From positions 34,224,001 through 34,288,000 of the forward strand of contig CM097887.1 of assembly GCA_044892525.1 (NCBI GenBank): a stretch of 64,000 nt of DNA, in the 5' to 3' direction. Of this stretch, positions 10,134 to 25,329 are shown one piece after another. Within the stretch, counting starts at the first letter, position 1. Each line of letters opens with the position of its first letter. The translations under genes and the position numbers were made by a program. This stretch comes from Schmidtea polychroa. Its lineage: Eukaryota. The notes under the pieces were generated by a model. The model did no database searches. It was given only the letters and a program-made list of their open reading frames with translations, and had not been told where the DNA came from.

Positions 10134-13100
10134 GTAAGATCTCATATTTGCATGCAATTATTTTGGATATTTTTCATTTTTATTTAAAATTTAAATTTAT
10201 ATAGAATTAGGTTAAAAAATGTTTAAAAATTTATTATTTTATTAAATGCTTTTATCGAATATTAATCACAAAAAAATATTTAGCAAACTAAATTAATGTA
10301 ATTTTTGTTTAAATATCCAAATATTGAAAATCCTTTGAATTTTTAATTCAGTGGTTCTTAACCAGTGCTCCGCGAGGTTCTAGCAAGTGCTCCGCGAAAT
10401 CATGAATTTAATGTTGGCTCATTGTGATGTGAGTTACACAAATAATGACTTGATGACTGGACCTTTACAAATTGAATTCATGTGCTAATTTTGCAATGTT
10501 TTTACATTTCATCTATTTTCAATAAGACAATAGATCAACTTCTTTCATCCCATGTAATACAAATTGAAAAGAGCAGCACCGACAATTTGTGTTAAATGCG
10601 AGTGAAAATTGATGTACAGTCATATAATTGTGAGGTATAGATCCGATGAAAATAGATTAAATGTTAAAAGAAAATAAATTCAAATCAAAAATGAACAAAA
10701 AATAAAGAATTTTACAGTTATTATTTTCTATTATAGGAACTTTTTTTCAAATTTCACCACTGATTTCTTTTCCATTGACATTGAATTTATTAAAAAGCTT
10801 GACTATGAATCAATAAATATATCGATGTTTTTTCAATGTATTTACTGATTCATAATCAAGCTTTTTAATAAATACAATGTTTTTATTTCTGTATAATAAT
10901 GCTTTTTTGTTGTATTATCCTTACATGTATTAATATGATATGAGAACCCCTGGTCTTGAATAACTTATTTTTCCTAATTTTAAAAATTTATAATGAAAAG
11001 TTTACATTTATAAATAATTTACTTTTGGATTTTGCCAGACATTTATTTTGCTTTATTAAAATAACAAAATTATTTTAATCTATTATGTAATACCTTTTCC
11101 GTCTGACTGGCAGCTTATTAATTTCTCCCTCGGAAAATTTTGTGGGTTTGAACTGTAAAAGATTTGCAACAAATTGATTGACTTGCTCTTCGGTATTGAA
11201 GGTTTTTCTATTCAAAAAGTTCTGTAGAGAGCAGAAAAAATGGTGATGAATTAGAACCAGATCCTTCCAAACTCAAGAAATATTTATTGAGTCACCTTTG
11301 CTGTATGTGGTCTCGCATTGTCACATAAAAGAATGACGTTTTGTAATTGACGAGTGCAGGGCGCATTTTGTGAAGTTTCTCTTGAATTCTTCGCAGCTGC
11401 TAAACGTATCTATCTTCAGTAATCTTTAAACTTAGTTTCGTTTTTTTCCAGCAAATTGTTTAAATGGCTCGTCAATAAATTATTAGAGCTGTTTATTTAG
11501 AATCTTTATAAAAAGGATAAATTATGATATTTTGTTAACTCCTTCTTTTATGAATTAAATACCTAATGTGGACTCTTATTTGAATAATATTATAATAAGT
11601 TCTTTTTTAAGTTTTATTTTATTTTCTATTAAAATTTCTTTTTTTTATAACATATTACTCCACTCCACATGTTAAGATAAATTGAAGTATTCGTGGGCTG
11701 TACCCAACAATATACAACGGTTTATACTGTATTCTAATATAAACATATGAGCAATTTTTGTAGACGGTAGACCCTCTGATTTTTAATATATACCTCCAAT
11801 ATACTACAATCACAGACTTCTTTTAAAACAAACAATTGATAAAAAATTATTTTATGCCTTTGCCATTTTTATTTATTTTATACTTCATGACTTTTTATTA
11901 GTAGCTATACGAAATTGAAGCGCTTTCGGCATTTCTAATCTTATAAAATGGAAGAGAGGCGCAATATGATCAAATATTTTTAAGGGAGCCGTGGTAAAAT
12001 AAATTTTATTAAACGTTGCTAATGTATGTTTGTATGTGCCACGCAAGTATATACGTTGTCGTTAACACTGCAAGCTATCAAAATTTCAGATCGATCCGAT
12101 CACAGAGAATGAGTTAATTTTGAAAATATTGATATGTAAAATCTAGTGATATTTCCTTATTTAAATATAAATTCTTATCTATTCATTAACTTTGGATCAA
12201 AGAGATAACGTAATTATATCTAAAATATGTTGAAATGAAGAGAGTGAATTATAGAGAGAGTTTCAAAAACCATGTTTTTTATGGTTGATTTTTTATTTTG
12301 TAAATTTATGTCATTGATATTTTTATTGCAATATTTTATGTTTTACAATTTATATTACGTTTTAAGTTCTGTAAAGTATTACACGAAAAATTTAAGAGTT
12401 TGATGTAATTTACTGCAATAAAATATGACTTTGTTGCAACTTGTTGAATTAATGTATGACTGCGTTGTAATTGATTCCAATGCTACTCCTTTGACATAAT
12501 TTCTTTAACACGTTCACGCTGGAGCGGATTTTCATGCTGAGCATCATCTGACGGGCAGTTCATGTTATTGAACAAAAGTTATGTTTATAATACGTTATTA
12601 ATTATAATTGTAATAAAATAAATGTTTTTGGTGAATATACATTCAATTTTTCAATAATACGTCTAATATACGTATAATAACACAATCAAATACGTCCCAC
12701 CTGTGGTACGCACCGCCCGATGGAACAGGTTAGTGCGGGTAACCGGTGATCCACGCTGGCGTGAATGTGTTAAGCTATCTCAATAATAAAATAATGTTAT
12801 ACAATCTTTGGATGTATTTCATGAATTCCACCTGCCAACCATTTTCAATGCTGCTAAATCTCACGGATAAAAAAATAATTTTATATTTATTTCTTAATGT
12901 TGAGTAATTAGGCTTTCAATATGTACTTTGTTTAGTATAAATATTACATCTTTAAATCATTTTTATTAATAACCAACCTTTAAAAAGAGGCTCGTGAGAA
13001 TGAATTTTTTAGACAACCAAGGAATTGTCCGGAAACTTGATAAATTTATTTCTATTTATTATTTCTTTGATTAAGAGTTAGGTAATTTAAATGAAAATAT

Positions 13101-16100
13101 TTTAACTGCTGAATCAATTTATTTGCATTGGTAAATCTATACTTGATTTATCTAAACTTAGAATGTATCAATGACAGTATTTTATTTGTATAATTAATAT
13201 TGTAATGGAGAATAAAGACTCTTCGAAATTAAAAATTGTAAATGAAGTTTTTTATTACCCTAAATGATCAATAACAATCATTCTGATATTTTGGACATCC
13301 GACCCATTTATTATACAGTAATACATTGGACTTTGTTATTGGAAAATTACAAGAAATTAGTAGCTATAGTGTATTAGATAATACAAATACAACATAAAAA
13401 ATCAACCATGAAAAACATGGTTTTTGAAACTCTCTATATTTCACTCTCTTATTTTCAACATATTTTAGATATAATTATTTTATCTTTTTAATCCGAAGTT
13501 AATGAATAGATAAGAATTTATATTGAAATAAGGAAATAACACTAGATTTGACATATCAATATATTTAAAATTAACCCACTTTCCGTGATTGGATTGATCT
13601 AAGTTTTTGATAGCATGCAGTGTGCTCGATTAGGAATCTACTTGCCAAGTTTCAGTCTAATCCGATCACGGAAAGTAAGTTAAATTGGCCTCACACAATT
13701 TGCGTGACACATACAAACATACAAAATTTCCAACTGCTTGCTTATCGCCCTTTTATAATCTGTAAAACCTTTCGAGTACGACAATGCCAACACAAACGTA
13801 GGCTTACCATCCTTACACACACACACACCATTAATGTTATTTATTTCACCATTCAATACACACATACCAGTCAAAATTTTCAAAAGTCTATTTTAACACC
13901 ATTCATAAAAATGATTTTGAATACACATTCTTTATCAAAACTTTTTACTGATTTACCAAAAGTAAAAGATAAAGACTATGGACGATAAATCAATCTTTTC
14001 ATCAAAATTCTCTTATTTAATTTCACAAAAACTTTCAGGAAAGATATAAAGGCCAATATCAGTGGGTTTTGTATAACTCTCTGTCTTATAGTGTTTCTCT
14101 TTGTGTTGGATTAATTAGTCCAAAACCATAATCGATGACTTTCTCTCTTTCCTACGTGTGAATACAATTTTTTGATTCAAATTCAAATAATGCAAAACGT
14201 TTCTAAACGCCTCTAATTTTAAAATATAAGGAAAATGTCATCCACATCTACTTTGATTTCTGGGTATCTCTTTACTACTACATTAAAATTTTTTATATAA
14301 TTAAATAATATTGTCAAATCTTGTACAGACCTATAAATAATTCTTACGGATGGCTGTGAATCTGATATCGATGGAAATCTATCATGAGATAAATTTCTGA
14401 GTTAACAGGCTTTTTTGGGCGATAAAGCCATCGGAACTCCAGTCGACGCGTTAAATTTTATAAAAGAACACAAGATTCAGGAAATATATCCTGATGATAT
14501 GACTTGTTTTATTTGCAATATTAGTAAAATTGTGATAATTGGGGAACACAGTTTCTCATAGCTCAAATAGTTAAAAACTTGTGATTTGTCCATAAAAATG
14601 AAAATGCTTATTTTTTATTGCTAATAATAGAAAATTTACAAACGAAAAAGGAGGAAGGCATCAATTTTATGAATTATTTTTTATATTAGTATTTATAATA
14701 TATTATCATATTATTGGATTCATTCGTTCATAGCTCACAGAAGCAACCAGATTGTGTTTTCTCATTCAAGGGAAGTCTTGGGATAATTATTTGTATATTT
14801 TCCCCAACCAAATAAACCTTTTTTCTTCTCATATAAGCGCAAACAAAACATTTGACTGCTCCTTTACTTTTGGTATACTCAGGCCCGATCACATACGGTA
14901 AGAGACAAGACATATTCCCGGGGCCCAGATCCCAACGTTTTGTTCATAATTTTATTTTTAAATACTATTAGCGCTAATAATATTGAATATTAGTAAAATT
15001 ATTTATATTAGAAGCTGCTAACACATCTTATTTTTTAAATCCGGTTCAAAAGTTAACGTCATAATTCCAAGTATTTATTTAATGAAATATTGTATAATTT
15101 CCAAACAGATTTTCAGCGTTGAATAAAATATTTCAAAAACCATTTATAAAAATTTCGATATTCAAAATATATTTATTTAAAAATGATTTACTAATAAAAG
15201 CTTGTTTAATTTAAAAATTTAAAAATTTAAAAATTTCAATTCAAAAAATTCAATTTAAAAATGTTTTTAAAAGTTATTTTAAATAGTCAATTATTTATCA
15301 TTTAAAATTATTTCAATAAATTATTGAAATATTCAATTCTCAGCTGAAAACACCTCACAATTTAGGAACACAGTATTTTATAATTTTTTGTCTATATTTT
15401 ACATTTTTATAATACTTTATTACTAAGTATTATAATAAAATATAACTAGTTAATTTGTACATTTTATATTATTTTATTTAATAAAAATAAATATATTGGT
15501 TTTATGTTCAATTTTAAATTTCTTATACATTTGTATGTGGAAGGAGGACCCGTCATAATTTCCTTTCACGGACCCTGGGATTTCCGTGACTTTTATAAAT
15601 AGATTATACATTTTATATATTTCTCTGATTTCTATATTACTATATTAGAAGTTTAACAATAAATGAATGTGCACTTCTAATATTTGTAACTAAAGTCCTC
15701 AATCCGAATAAGGGCAAAGGTAATTGAACAAAAACAATACTCCATTGTTGGGATTTCCTCTAATTTACCACCTAGCCAGAGAGAGATGATTAGTATTTGT
15801 TCGACATTTCAATTTGATCATGGCGTATTAATTAATATTTTCAACTTCAACAATTCCTATGTAAAGCCACATTGTACATAATTGCCCTATAACATTTCCA
15901 TTCAACAGTGTCAGAAAAGAAATCGTAATAGTTTCTCTCGGTGGCAAATTTTATCAACTATCCATTTTCCATCAAATTTTTACAGATAATTTAACATGTG
16001 GAGGAGACATTGAAATTATATTCTTAACACATTTACCAATGTTTTATTACATGTTTCTACTGCGTGTTTCGTGTGTTCCATTAAGGAAGCGGCGTTGAAA

Positions 16101-19100
16101 TTCTAATTAATTAGTCGGGAAAACTTGTGACCGTTAATGATTTTGGTGATAATTTCACAATTGAAATTCCCTTTAAAATTAATAGAAAACATTTCCAATC
16201 CAAATTCTAAGAGAATTTGTTAAATAAAAACTTAATTCCGACACAACAGCGTCAATCAAAGTCATTTGAATTTGTGAGTTATTATAATTGTGATATTGTA
16301 ATTCTATTTAGGATGCAATTGTAATTTGCATTCGAAAAAGTGTGTATTCAATGAAAAGCTATATATAGTATCAAACAAACAAAGCGGTGGTGTGTGTGTC
16401 GATTGTGAGCACAACACTGATGGACGGTATTGCCATTTATGCAACAAAGGCTATCACAGGGATTGGAGCAAGCCACTGAGTCATCAGCATGTGTGCATCA
16501 GTAAGCTTAAATTTTATTGGCTATCATTTCAAATGTTATGAGATGTAAATATCAATCAGAAAATTGACAGCAGACTAATTGCTTTCACTAATTAATTTTT
16601 ATGAATCTTACTAAAATCGATTCATTTTTATTTTTTATAAATAAAATTTATTCAAAATATCGGATAAAGATTTACTGAAATAATTTCAATTTTATTACTT
16701 TAATTAATGGAAATGAGAAATGATTTTTAATGTTTTAGAATGTAATTATATGAATTAGAATATGTAGATAATGTCGGTTTGAAATGCCCATTTGCAGCAT
16801 AACTTGCAAAAAGTAACGCACGCTAGGACAAAATGTAAGTAAAATATATATAATATAGAAATTATCATAATACAGTTCTGTAAACAATTATTAAATTATA
16901 CCTTTTTTTCAAATTTTACCACTGATTTCTTTTCCTTTGTAATTATTTATTATTCGTATTTATTACGAATCAGTAAATATATCGATGTTTTTGATATAGA
17001 CGAATTTTCGGCACTGCCTTTTTCAAGTGAATTTGATCTTATTAAATTATTATTTTTGCCTATTCTTATTTAAATCCAATTATTTAAACATTGAACTGAA
17101 AATTCTAAAAAAACGGTTTTACAATTATATATTACCTATATTTAGAAGTGGTAATTTTTTACATGGATTTTCAAAAAAGAATTATTGGGGTTATAAAAAT
17201 GCATGAAAGAAATGAAAGTAGAATTTGTTAAAAAGAAATTAAATAAACAAAAATTTTAAAATTATTATTTTTCGGGGTAGGCCAAATCAAAAGTTTGAGA
17301 CGAATAAAATTATTTTATAAAGATGGGGGATATAGTGGAGTGTTTAAAGAAAATGAGGCCCTAGGGGCATATCTTTTTGGGGGCCTTTTGAACATTTACA
17401 CTAGAAGTAGACTACTGGTGTGTAGCCTTAGCCCATGTGCTAAAAGTTGTCCAAAAATCAAATTTGAAATAGAAGACGTTTTGTGATTTTGACAATGATT
17501 TAAAAATAATTGTTTATAGAAACTATTTTCAAGTAATGTGATTCGATTTGATTTTAGTGAAAAAAACCATGAAAAGCAACTCGTTTTTAAGATTATTGTA
17601 ATATGATAGGTTTATAATATTATGTTGAGGATACCTAAATAACAAATTTACGAATAAATAAAAAAAATTACTCCGGGAAAAATTGCCATGTCATTAAAAT
17701 AAGTCATTAAAAATTTTAATTTATTTCGTTTGATTGGGAGCCCTTCAAGATTTTGGGGCCCTAGGCGCGTGCGTAGTGCGCCTATGTGTAAACGCGCCAC
17801 TGGGAGATACTATTGAGGGGTCAAAACGAAATATTAATTGATCGTTGAAGATATCTCGGAATTGACACGTAGGTCAGTTTCGTAAATCACTTTTATAGGG
17901 AATCATTACAATAACTGTAGGTCCCGAATTAACTACGGGAAAATTTGCCACTTTTTGTCAGAATATGAGAGTACGTATCAACAAGAACAAAACTAAATCC
18001 CATAATAAACCATCATATTGCAGATTGGTTTTAGACCAGCTGAAATCTGTTGTAAATTTACCACAAATATAATTGGAAATTATGGTGAACGGTTTATTTT
18101 CTTGTGATCAATAAATAAATGTTGATAGTGGTTTTTCTATTACTTTCCTCCAAAACACGAGGAGCTAAATTCAGAAGTAATTCCTGCCTAAACTTTACTA
18201 ACATATCAACAAAACGGTAAAAACAAAAATTTATACTTTACATATTTGTGCAGTTGTTAGAGCTGACATTAAATTCAAACTTTGAAGAGCATCAACGTGC
18301 AATTGGTAATTTATGACATTAAATTACACCTTATTTTGTATTAAGAATTTAACTAGCTTCTTTGTCCGGCTTCGCATGGGAAAGTCGAAACTGTACAGTT
18401 GACACAGCAGCCATAATGATCTCACACCATGGTTGGAACTTCCTCCACAGTTTTGGAGATATTGTGATAGCTGAATGAATGAATTTATTGGATTTATTTT
18501 TTTTACATATATAGATTTTTAAAAAAAAGGCTTTTTAGTTTGTGGCTGATATATCAATGTTCTACCTGTACACCTAACCGCGAAAGTTAACATTGTCTAT
18601 AATATACGTTGGTGTGCACACCAGTTGAGGTGAGTCACCAATTATATGACAATGTTAACTTAATTTCATTTTTTCAATTTTTCAAAAATCGTTTTAAGGT
18701 AAGTTTTTGAATTGAAGTAATTTTTAGGACTTGAATTTTGATTTTGTATAATTATGAGATCATTATTCAAGTTCTTAAATATTACTGTTAGTCAGCATTT
18801 ATAATATTGATAATATATAACATTGATAATTAAATTTCAGGTGTTTTTTTAGGAATTTTATGGAATTTTATTTGGATTTATTTCGTAAAAATGTAAGTTA
18901 GATATTTTTATAATTATAAATAAGTAAAGTAATCACTAAACATTTATTTTTTAAAGACATTTAGTAAAAAATGGATAAAATATTTTTTAAGTTTTTGTAA
19001 TCTTCTTTCGAATTTTGTCTTTTTCTGTAATTCTATGAAAATATTAATTTGTTAAAATAATTTATTAAAATTTACGATTTGCGATTTTTTTCCTGCAAAT

Positions 19101-22100
19101 TCAAAGATGTCGAAGGATCTTCTTCAATATCTGTAAATCTAAAGAAATTTTATATTCTAAATTATTTTATAATTAAATCTTACGATGTATTTACTTCTTT
19201 TTCCCTAAATCTCAAGGTAGAGCAGTCAGAATCTGATTCAAAAGTTTTTTTGTACATAACTTTTTAAATAATTTGAAAATATTGAAATGTTAATTATATG
19301 TTAATCAATGTATATTTCGCATGAAAAACACTTTACTTAATTTTGTATGTATTTTTCATTATGTATGCTGTGTTTGTATGCTTAATTATTTTCTCTCACT
19401 TTTTAGATTCCTATAATAATAATGTTAAATTTCGCATCATTAAATTTCTACACACAGGTAAGTTGGTGTGTTCCTATAATATATATTTATTGATTTTTTT
19501 TTAGATTATAGATAATGTTATATTTCGCGGTTAGGTGTATCAATTTGGGTTGTAAGGACAGGAAAAAGTTACAAACACACCCACCACCCACAAACATATG
19601 GCGTTTATAGTTTAGAAGACATTTAGAGGATTTTAGTTTAGATATAAATAATGTTCATAATTTTTAAATCATCACCATCCCACATTTCCATTTTTAGCAA
19701 AAAAACCTAACACAAAACTAAACACAGTATAATTGGTAGAAAAATAAAACCTATTTCAACACTTCAATTCTAACTACTCTAGAATCACTCACTTTGAATA
19801 TTAATGTCAAACACACCTACAAACATATTTAGAGTTTTATAGATTTTATTTTATTTTGTAAATTGTTTTTATAATAAAATATTAATTTCTGATAATCTAA
19901 CACTGTTTTTGTCAAAACTGCAAAAACTTTATTAATTATCAAAATTTCAAACATAAACTTACACATTTTTGTGACTTAATTTATATAGAATAGTTGATGA
20001 AGTGAAAACATAATAAATATTAATAATTTCCTTTATAAATTTAAAATTAATGTTTTTAATTCCAATTGTTCTAAAATAGATTACAAAAGATTATTTTTTA
20101 ATCGAAAATTTTCATGTAATAAAATATTTTGCAGTAAAGCTTATTTTATTATTTATTTTTTTAACCTATTAACTGCCAAACTTTTATTATTTTTGTTTAT
20201 AGCACTTGTACAGGTCGGCAAACTGTCAAACAAAAAATATGTTAAAACAACATGAAGTGTTTATTTTCATTGGATATTAATTGTGTTGCACAAAATTAAA
20301 TTTTAAATATTAAAACAAATAAAACATCCTAATCCCCATTTGGGAATCAGGAAAACTAATGGGTTGATGCACGTAATTTCTATAATTAATCCTTTCATAT
20401 TTAAAATTTACTTAAAATGAATCCTAATTTTGTAGTGTTTAAATTATTTGTAATTTAATTTTGTAGAAAATATTTAGATGAAAAAAAAACTTTCTAAAAA
20501 CACGCTTTTCTAAAAAGAAATTGAGCAGGACAGGACGAAAAAACTTTGCATTAAACTATTATTTGTTTTAATTTCGGTTTATAAAAGTATAAAATAATTT
20601 GCTAATAATTATTCATTGCCCATTATAAATCAGCGATTCTACAAGTTGGCATATCGAAATTGTTTGAAATATCTGTCAATGAAAGTGTTAAGAATTTCCC
20701 AACCCAATCCAAATAAATTAGCATCATTTACTGAATAAATTCCCAATCAAAATTACATTGCTGATGGAACAATTAACATTTCATTAGAAATATCATACCC
20801 AAATCATAAGAAATATAAATTTTTTTGTTTATAAATTAGTAAATAAATTTAAATTCTATTTATAGAATGCCGATGCCATCCAATCGGATCGATTTATCCC
20901 GATATTTGCGATCAACGAAATAGTCAATGTACGTGTAAAACTGGCGTAAGCGGTCTTTCATGCAATCGCTGTCAAAAGGGTTTCCAACAAACAAGATCCC
21001 CAGTTCAACCTTGTGTAGAAAGTAAGCTAATGATTGAATTGTATGTCCACTTTTTAATGTCCGACTTAGTATTTGATCTTCATAAAATTCCAATGGCCCA
21101 AGCTCCAGGTAAAATTAATTTTAAAAATTTTTTTTTTATTTATTTTTAAATTCTCGATCATCTGCAGTAGTAAATATTCGAATTTTTAAAAGGATTTTTC
21201 AAAAAATTTTAATTATTGAATATTTTCATATTTATCATTTGGTTTCAAATTTGATCTTTTTTCATTCAATAATTTTCATATTAATATTTTTAAGACTGTA
21301 GATTAAAACAATATACAAGGTACACCAGAGCTCCGCAACCGGTGTGCCGCGAGGTGATGCTAGGTGTGCCGCGGCGCAATGCCTACCCGAAAAAAAATAT
21401 AGGGTTTATGACGGACACGTGCGTTATGCTTATATCTATTTTGTTTACAAATAATTGCGTTGTTGACAAAATATTCGGTCAATAAACATGGTTTAAAAAA
21501 ATCACATTTCAGGTTGTTCACATTTAAATTTATTGTCTTATATTGTGCTACCAAGTTTTACAGCCTGAACAATAAATACAAGAAATTTTAGAGAAATTTA
21601 TTTTTAAGGACAATAAATTTTTATTATGTAAATATAAATACATCATAAAAATTTCTTTCGAGTTGCTCTTTCAAATATTGAGCCCAATATAAAACTATTA
21701 TGTTCCTTAAAACAAGTACAGGTATCTCATTAGTGATTGTTCATATTAGTTATAGTTATAAATAAAAAATAGTTGTTAACGGCGATAATAAATTTATCAA
21801 ATAAAAAAAATACATTTTCTGTTTGTGCATTTCTTATCACGTAAATTTTTAAAAATTTTTGTTTGTGGTGTACCGCGAAATTTTTTTAAGTCTTTAGGTG
21901 TGCCGCGGGTGAGAAAAGGTTGCGGAGCTCTGAGGTACACGATATTATCAAGTGGAACTTATTGAATATTTGTCATGTAAACAGAAGTTTTCATTCAACT
22001 ATATAATATATATTAGGTAAATACTGAAAAATAAAACTCACGAAATTGGAAATACGCAGATTTTCGAAATTTCAATAGGATTAAACTAAAATTTAAAAGA

Positions 22101-25100
22101 AATTATAAAATAAGATTTGTAAATTAAAAATGTTTGTTTGGAATTGAATGTTTATTATGAGTAAAACTATGGATTTATTAAGAACAATAATTCTAACACT
22201 GAGAGTTAATGATAATATTGAAAATAAATAAAATTTTTAATGTATTTTTGCGTATATAAGTCACATCACATGTCAGTGAAAAAAAATTGCAGGTCCATGA
22301 AATGGAAGTCAACCCTAGTTATTATTTTATTAGAGTACCAGGCTCATCTCTCCCACTAAAAGCATTTATTTTTTGCTTAGTTATTTTTTGTAACAGACAT
22401 TATATTATAATTTGGTTAGTTTTCATTTTAATTTAATTAATAAAAGTATAAAACTTAATATGTGTTTTTTTAAGTTTCTCCAACTACACTTCACTACAGT
22501 TAGAAATTTAAATCTTTTAAAGTGAGTAGCACTATACCAACTGTCAAAATACATTTGAAGTTGATAAATTCCCAAAAAAAATCAATATCAGGTAAGCAGG
22601 GAGTCTACCAAAAACCGAAAAACATGGCAAATAGTCCACGATTCAAAAATAATTTGGGAACATATGCTCTACACTGTATTTGTAGAGACACGAAACAAAT
22701 TTGCATAAAGTTTTTATTGAAAACGACATTGAATGCGATCATAGAAATATTTACTCCAGCAGTCAATGTTCCCACGAAAGCATGGGCACTTGATATGGCT
22801 ATTGTACTGAGATTGTTGACGAACGCATTTCAATATCGTAGACTCTAGAAGACCCCAGTATCGTACGATGGGAAAGTATTAGAATCTTTTTCTGGAATAA
22901 CTTTGTTCATTAACTCATTTTGGCAATTGAAGGCGGATAGGTCAATCCGGCACTTTATCATGAGAATCACTAGAATCGCGAATTAGTATTCTAAGGAAAA
23001 TTTCTTTGGTTGAATAAAAGGTGTTGAATATCAAGCTCATCAACAGAGAGATCACAGCTAGGAAAACAAAGGTTTCAGCTTCTCGAATGTTTGGTATATT
23101 TTTTATTGATTTTGATGAGAGTTAACGATTGGGATGTCGAATGAAGCATGAATTATTTTATATAGTTTTCTGAATGAAAAGAATATTTAAACAATAATTT
23201 TAAATTAATTAATTTTATAATATTTTTTAAGTTTAATTATTAGGTTGAATTAATGTGGAAGTCAGAGGTACTACAGTATTAAATAAGAAAAAACAATGAT
23301 CTATAGTTGAATAGAGATATGTGAAATGTTAATGAAAATTATATTTAATTGTATTTATGGAATCTTCTAAATATTGACAAAATTATTATTATTTATTTAG
23401 TAAAATAATAATTTTATATTTAACAAATTTCTATGTATCCATCAAATTTTCATAAATCCAACTTATGCAACTTGCCTAAATATTGAATAGAATCCGCTGT
23501 ATATTCACCGTGAGATTTAAAGAAGGGAGGGAAAATATATTCAAACATGAAAATATTAATGAAGAGATAATGGAAAAAATAACACCCAATTTTTCAAAAT
23601 TGGAAAAAATGACATCCAAAAGTGTTTAATTGCCAAAATGGCATCCATTTTTCAAATAATAGAAAAAATAACATCGAAATTTTTTCAATAACATGAAAAA
23701 TAGCAATTTTTAATTATAAATGTAAAGAAAACATTAAGATGAAAATTTAATTTTCAACTGAAGCTCTGATCCTTGCAACCCGGGGTCTTCCTCTTCCCCT
23801 TCTTAAAAATTGAGCTTGTAAATTATCAGCTTGTAAAGATTTTGTTGATAACGGAATTATACTTTCAGAATACAATCTAGAATAATTATAAGATATAAAA
23901 TACGCTTCAATCAATAGCACAAGATATTGTCTTAGGAAGAGCATAACTGAGCATAAATGCTTACATGGTATTCCCGCAATAAAGGATTTCTTACAACTAC
24001 ATTTTTTTCATTATAGTTTGCTATATATTCATTTGCAACCAAATAAATAGAATGGTTCGATAAGCTAACTGTTAAGGATCTGCTTAAAAGAATATTAGTC
24101 TCCAATTCAAGAAGCTTCTCAAATAAACTTCAATGCTATTTTTCATGTTATTGAACAAATGGTGCTGTTTTAACAAGAAAAATTTTCGATGTCATTTTAT
24201 CCATTTTTGAAAAATTGGATGTCATTTTGTCAATAAAAAATTTTTGGATGTCATTTTTTCCATGTTCCCATTAATGAAACGTCTTAAAATTGATAATTAA
24301 TGCAATTTTTGACAATGGAAATCTGGGAAAACTCGTTGTATTGTGTCACATAAGTTAAATTCTCAATTTTCATGCATGGGCCCAGTAAAGCTCGATCGTT
24401 ACTTTAGTTTTAAATATTTCATATTAGAAAGCAAAGATTTATAAGCATATTTTGTCGCATAGAACTGTAGATTTTAGGGTACATGTCCGCAACAACGAGA
24501 AGTGGTTTTCATTCACTATATTCCAGAAATTTTCTTCCTTATGGTGATAAATTCCTTACTCCTAGTCGTCATAAATCTCTAACATAATTCCTAGGTTATC
24601 CCTCATGGTACTCTCCAAAACAATGGGAAACGTACCAGTAAAAAGCATACTAATAATAATATTAGTGCGGATAATGGTTATGAGGATCGTAGTATGATTA
24701 ACGAAATTATTTGATTTCGAAGGGAAAATAGTCGCAGAGCTGCTATTCTTACGGGTTCACTCTATCAAGTTGTCACCGAGGTTAATGTCATTTACTAAAT
24801 TCAGGTTGTACTACCAGATCTGCATCTCAGTTGTTGTGCGAGCTAACCAGCACGATTTTGGTGACAAATAGTCGTTGTGAATTTAATAATAAGAGAACTC
24901 CGGCGTGATCAGCGACTGTAGGATTGAAACATTTTCTTGTCAGCGAGGTAGGAAGACGTAAAAACGTTCCCTGACTTGTTGACAAAAGGAAGTTTAAAAT
25001 CGACTATATCTATATTAATCAAATAAAATTTTAGTGGCCTGCGTGACAGTAAACATCTACAAAATCCTAAATGAAAATATTTGTGAATATCCATTAGAAA

Positions 25101-25297
25101 AGGAGAACGAACAAAGTTCGATATTAAAATTTTAATGAATGAATTACATTTCAACTATATATACTTTCATAGATAACAGTGGCGTACGCAGGGGGGGGGG
25201 GGGGGTTTAACCCCCCCCCATGATTCCAACAACAATATAAAAAACTGTAATTAATAAATATATAAACTTAAAACAATTTAAGAAATATTCCGAATGC

Positions 25298-25329
<32 letters not shown>

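Larger units (their letters stand above)
10349..12010 (+). mobile_element. Degenerate hAT element, left end clear and right end decayed
   Basis: Left terminus CAGTGGTTCTTAACC..CTCCGCG. A possible hAT C-terminal remnant (SAFG..LIKWKR) lies near 11900-11960 and a GGGAGCCGTGG subterminal motif near 11985. No TSD was recovered. Confidence 0.35.

Noticed and set aside
15670-15960. Possible non-LTR retrotransposon C-terminal remnant on the minus strand
   Set aside because: Needs several frameshifts; similarity is too weak to call by eye.
17850-18310. Possible Penelope GIY-YIG remnant (FEEHQRAIG)
   Set aside because: Only one short motif; the rest is not alignable without a search.
22334-22362. 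Candidate netrin linker microexon ([10 protein letters not shown])
   Set aside because: The available acceptor gives a frame with TAA and there is no GT donor.
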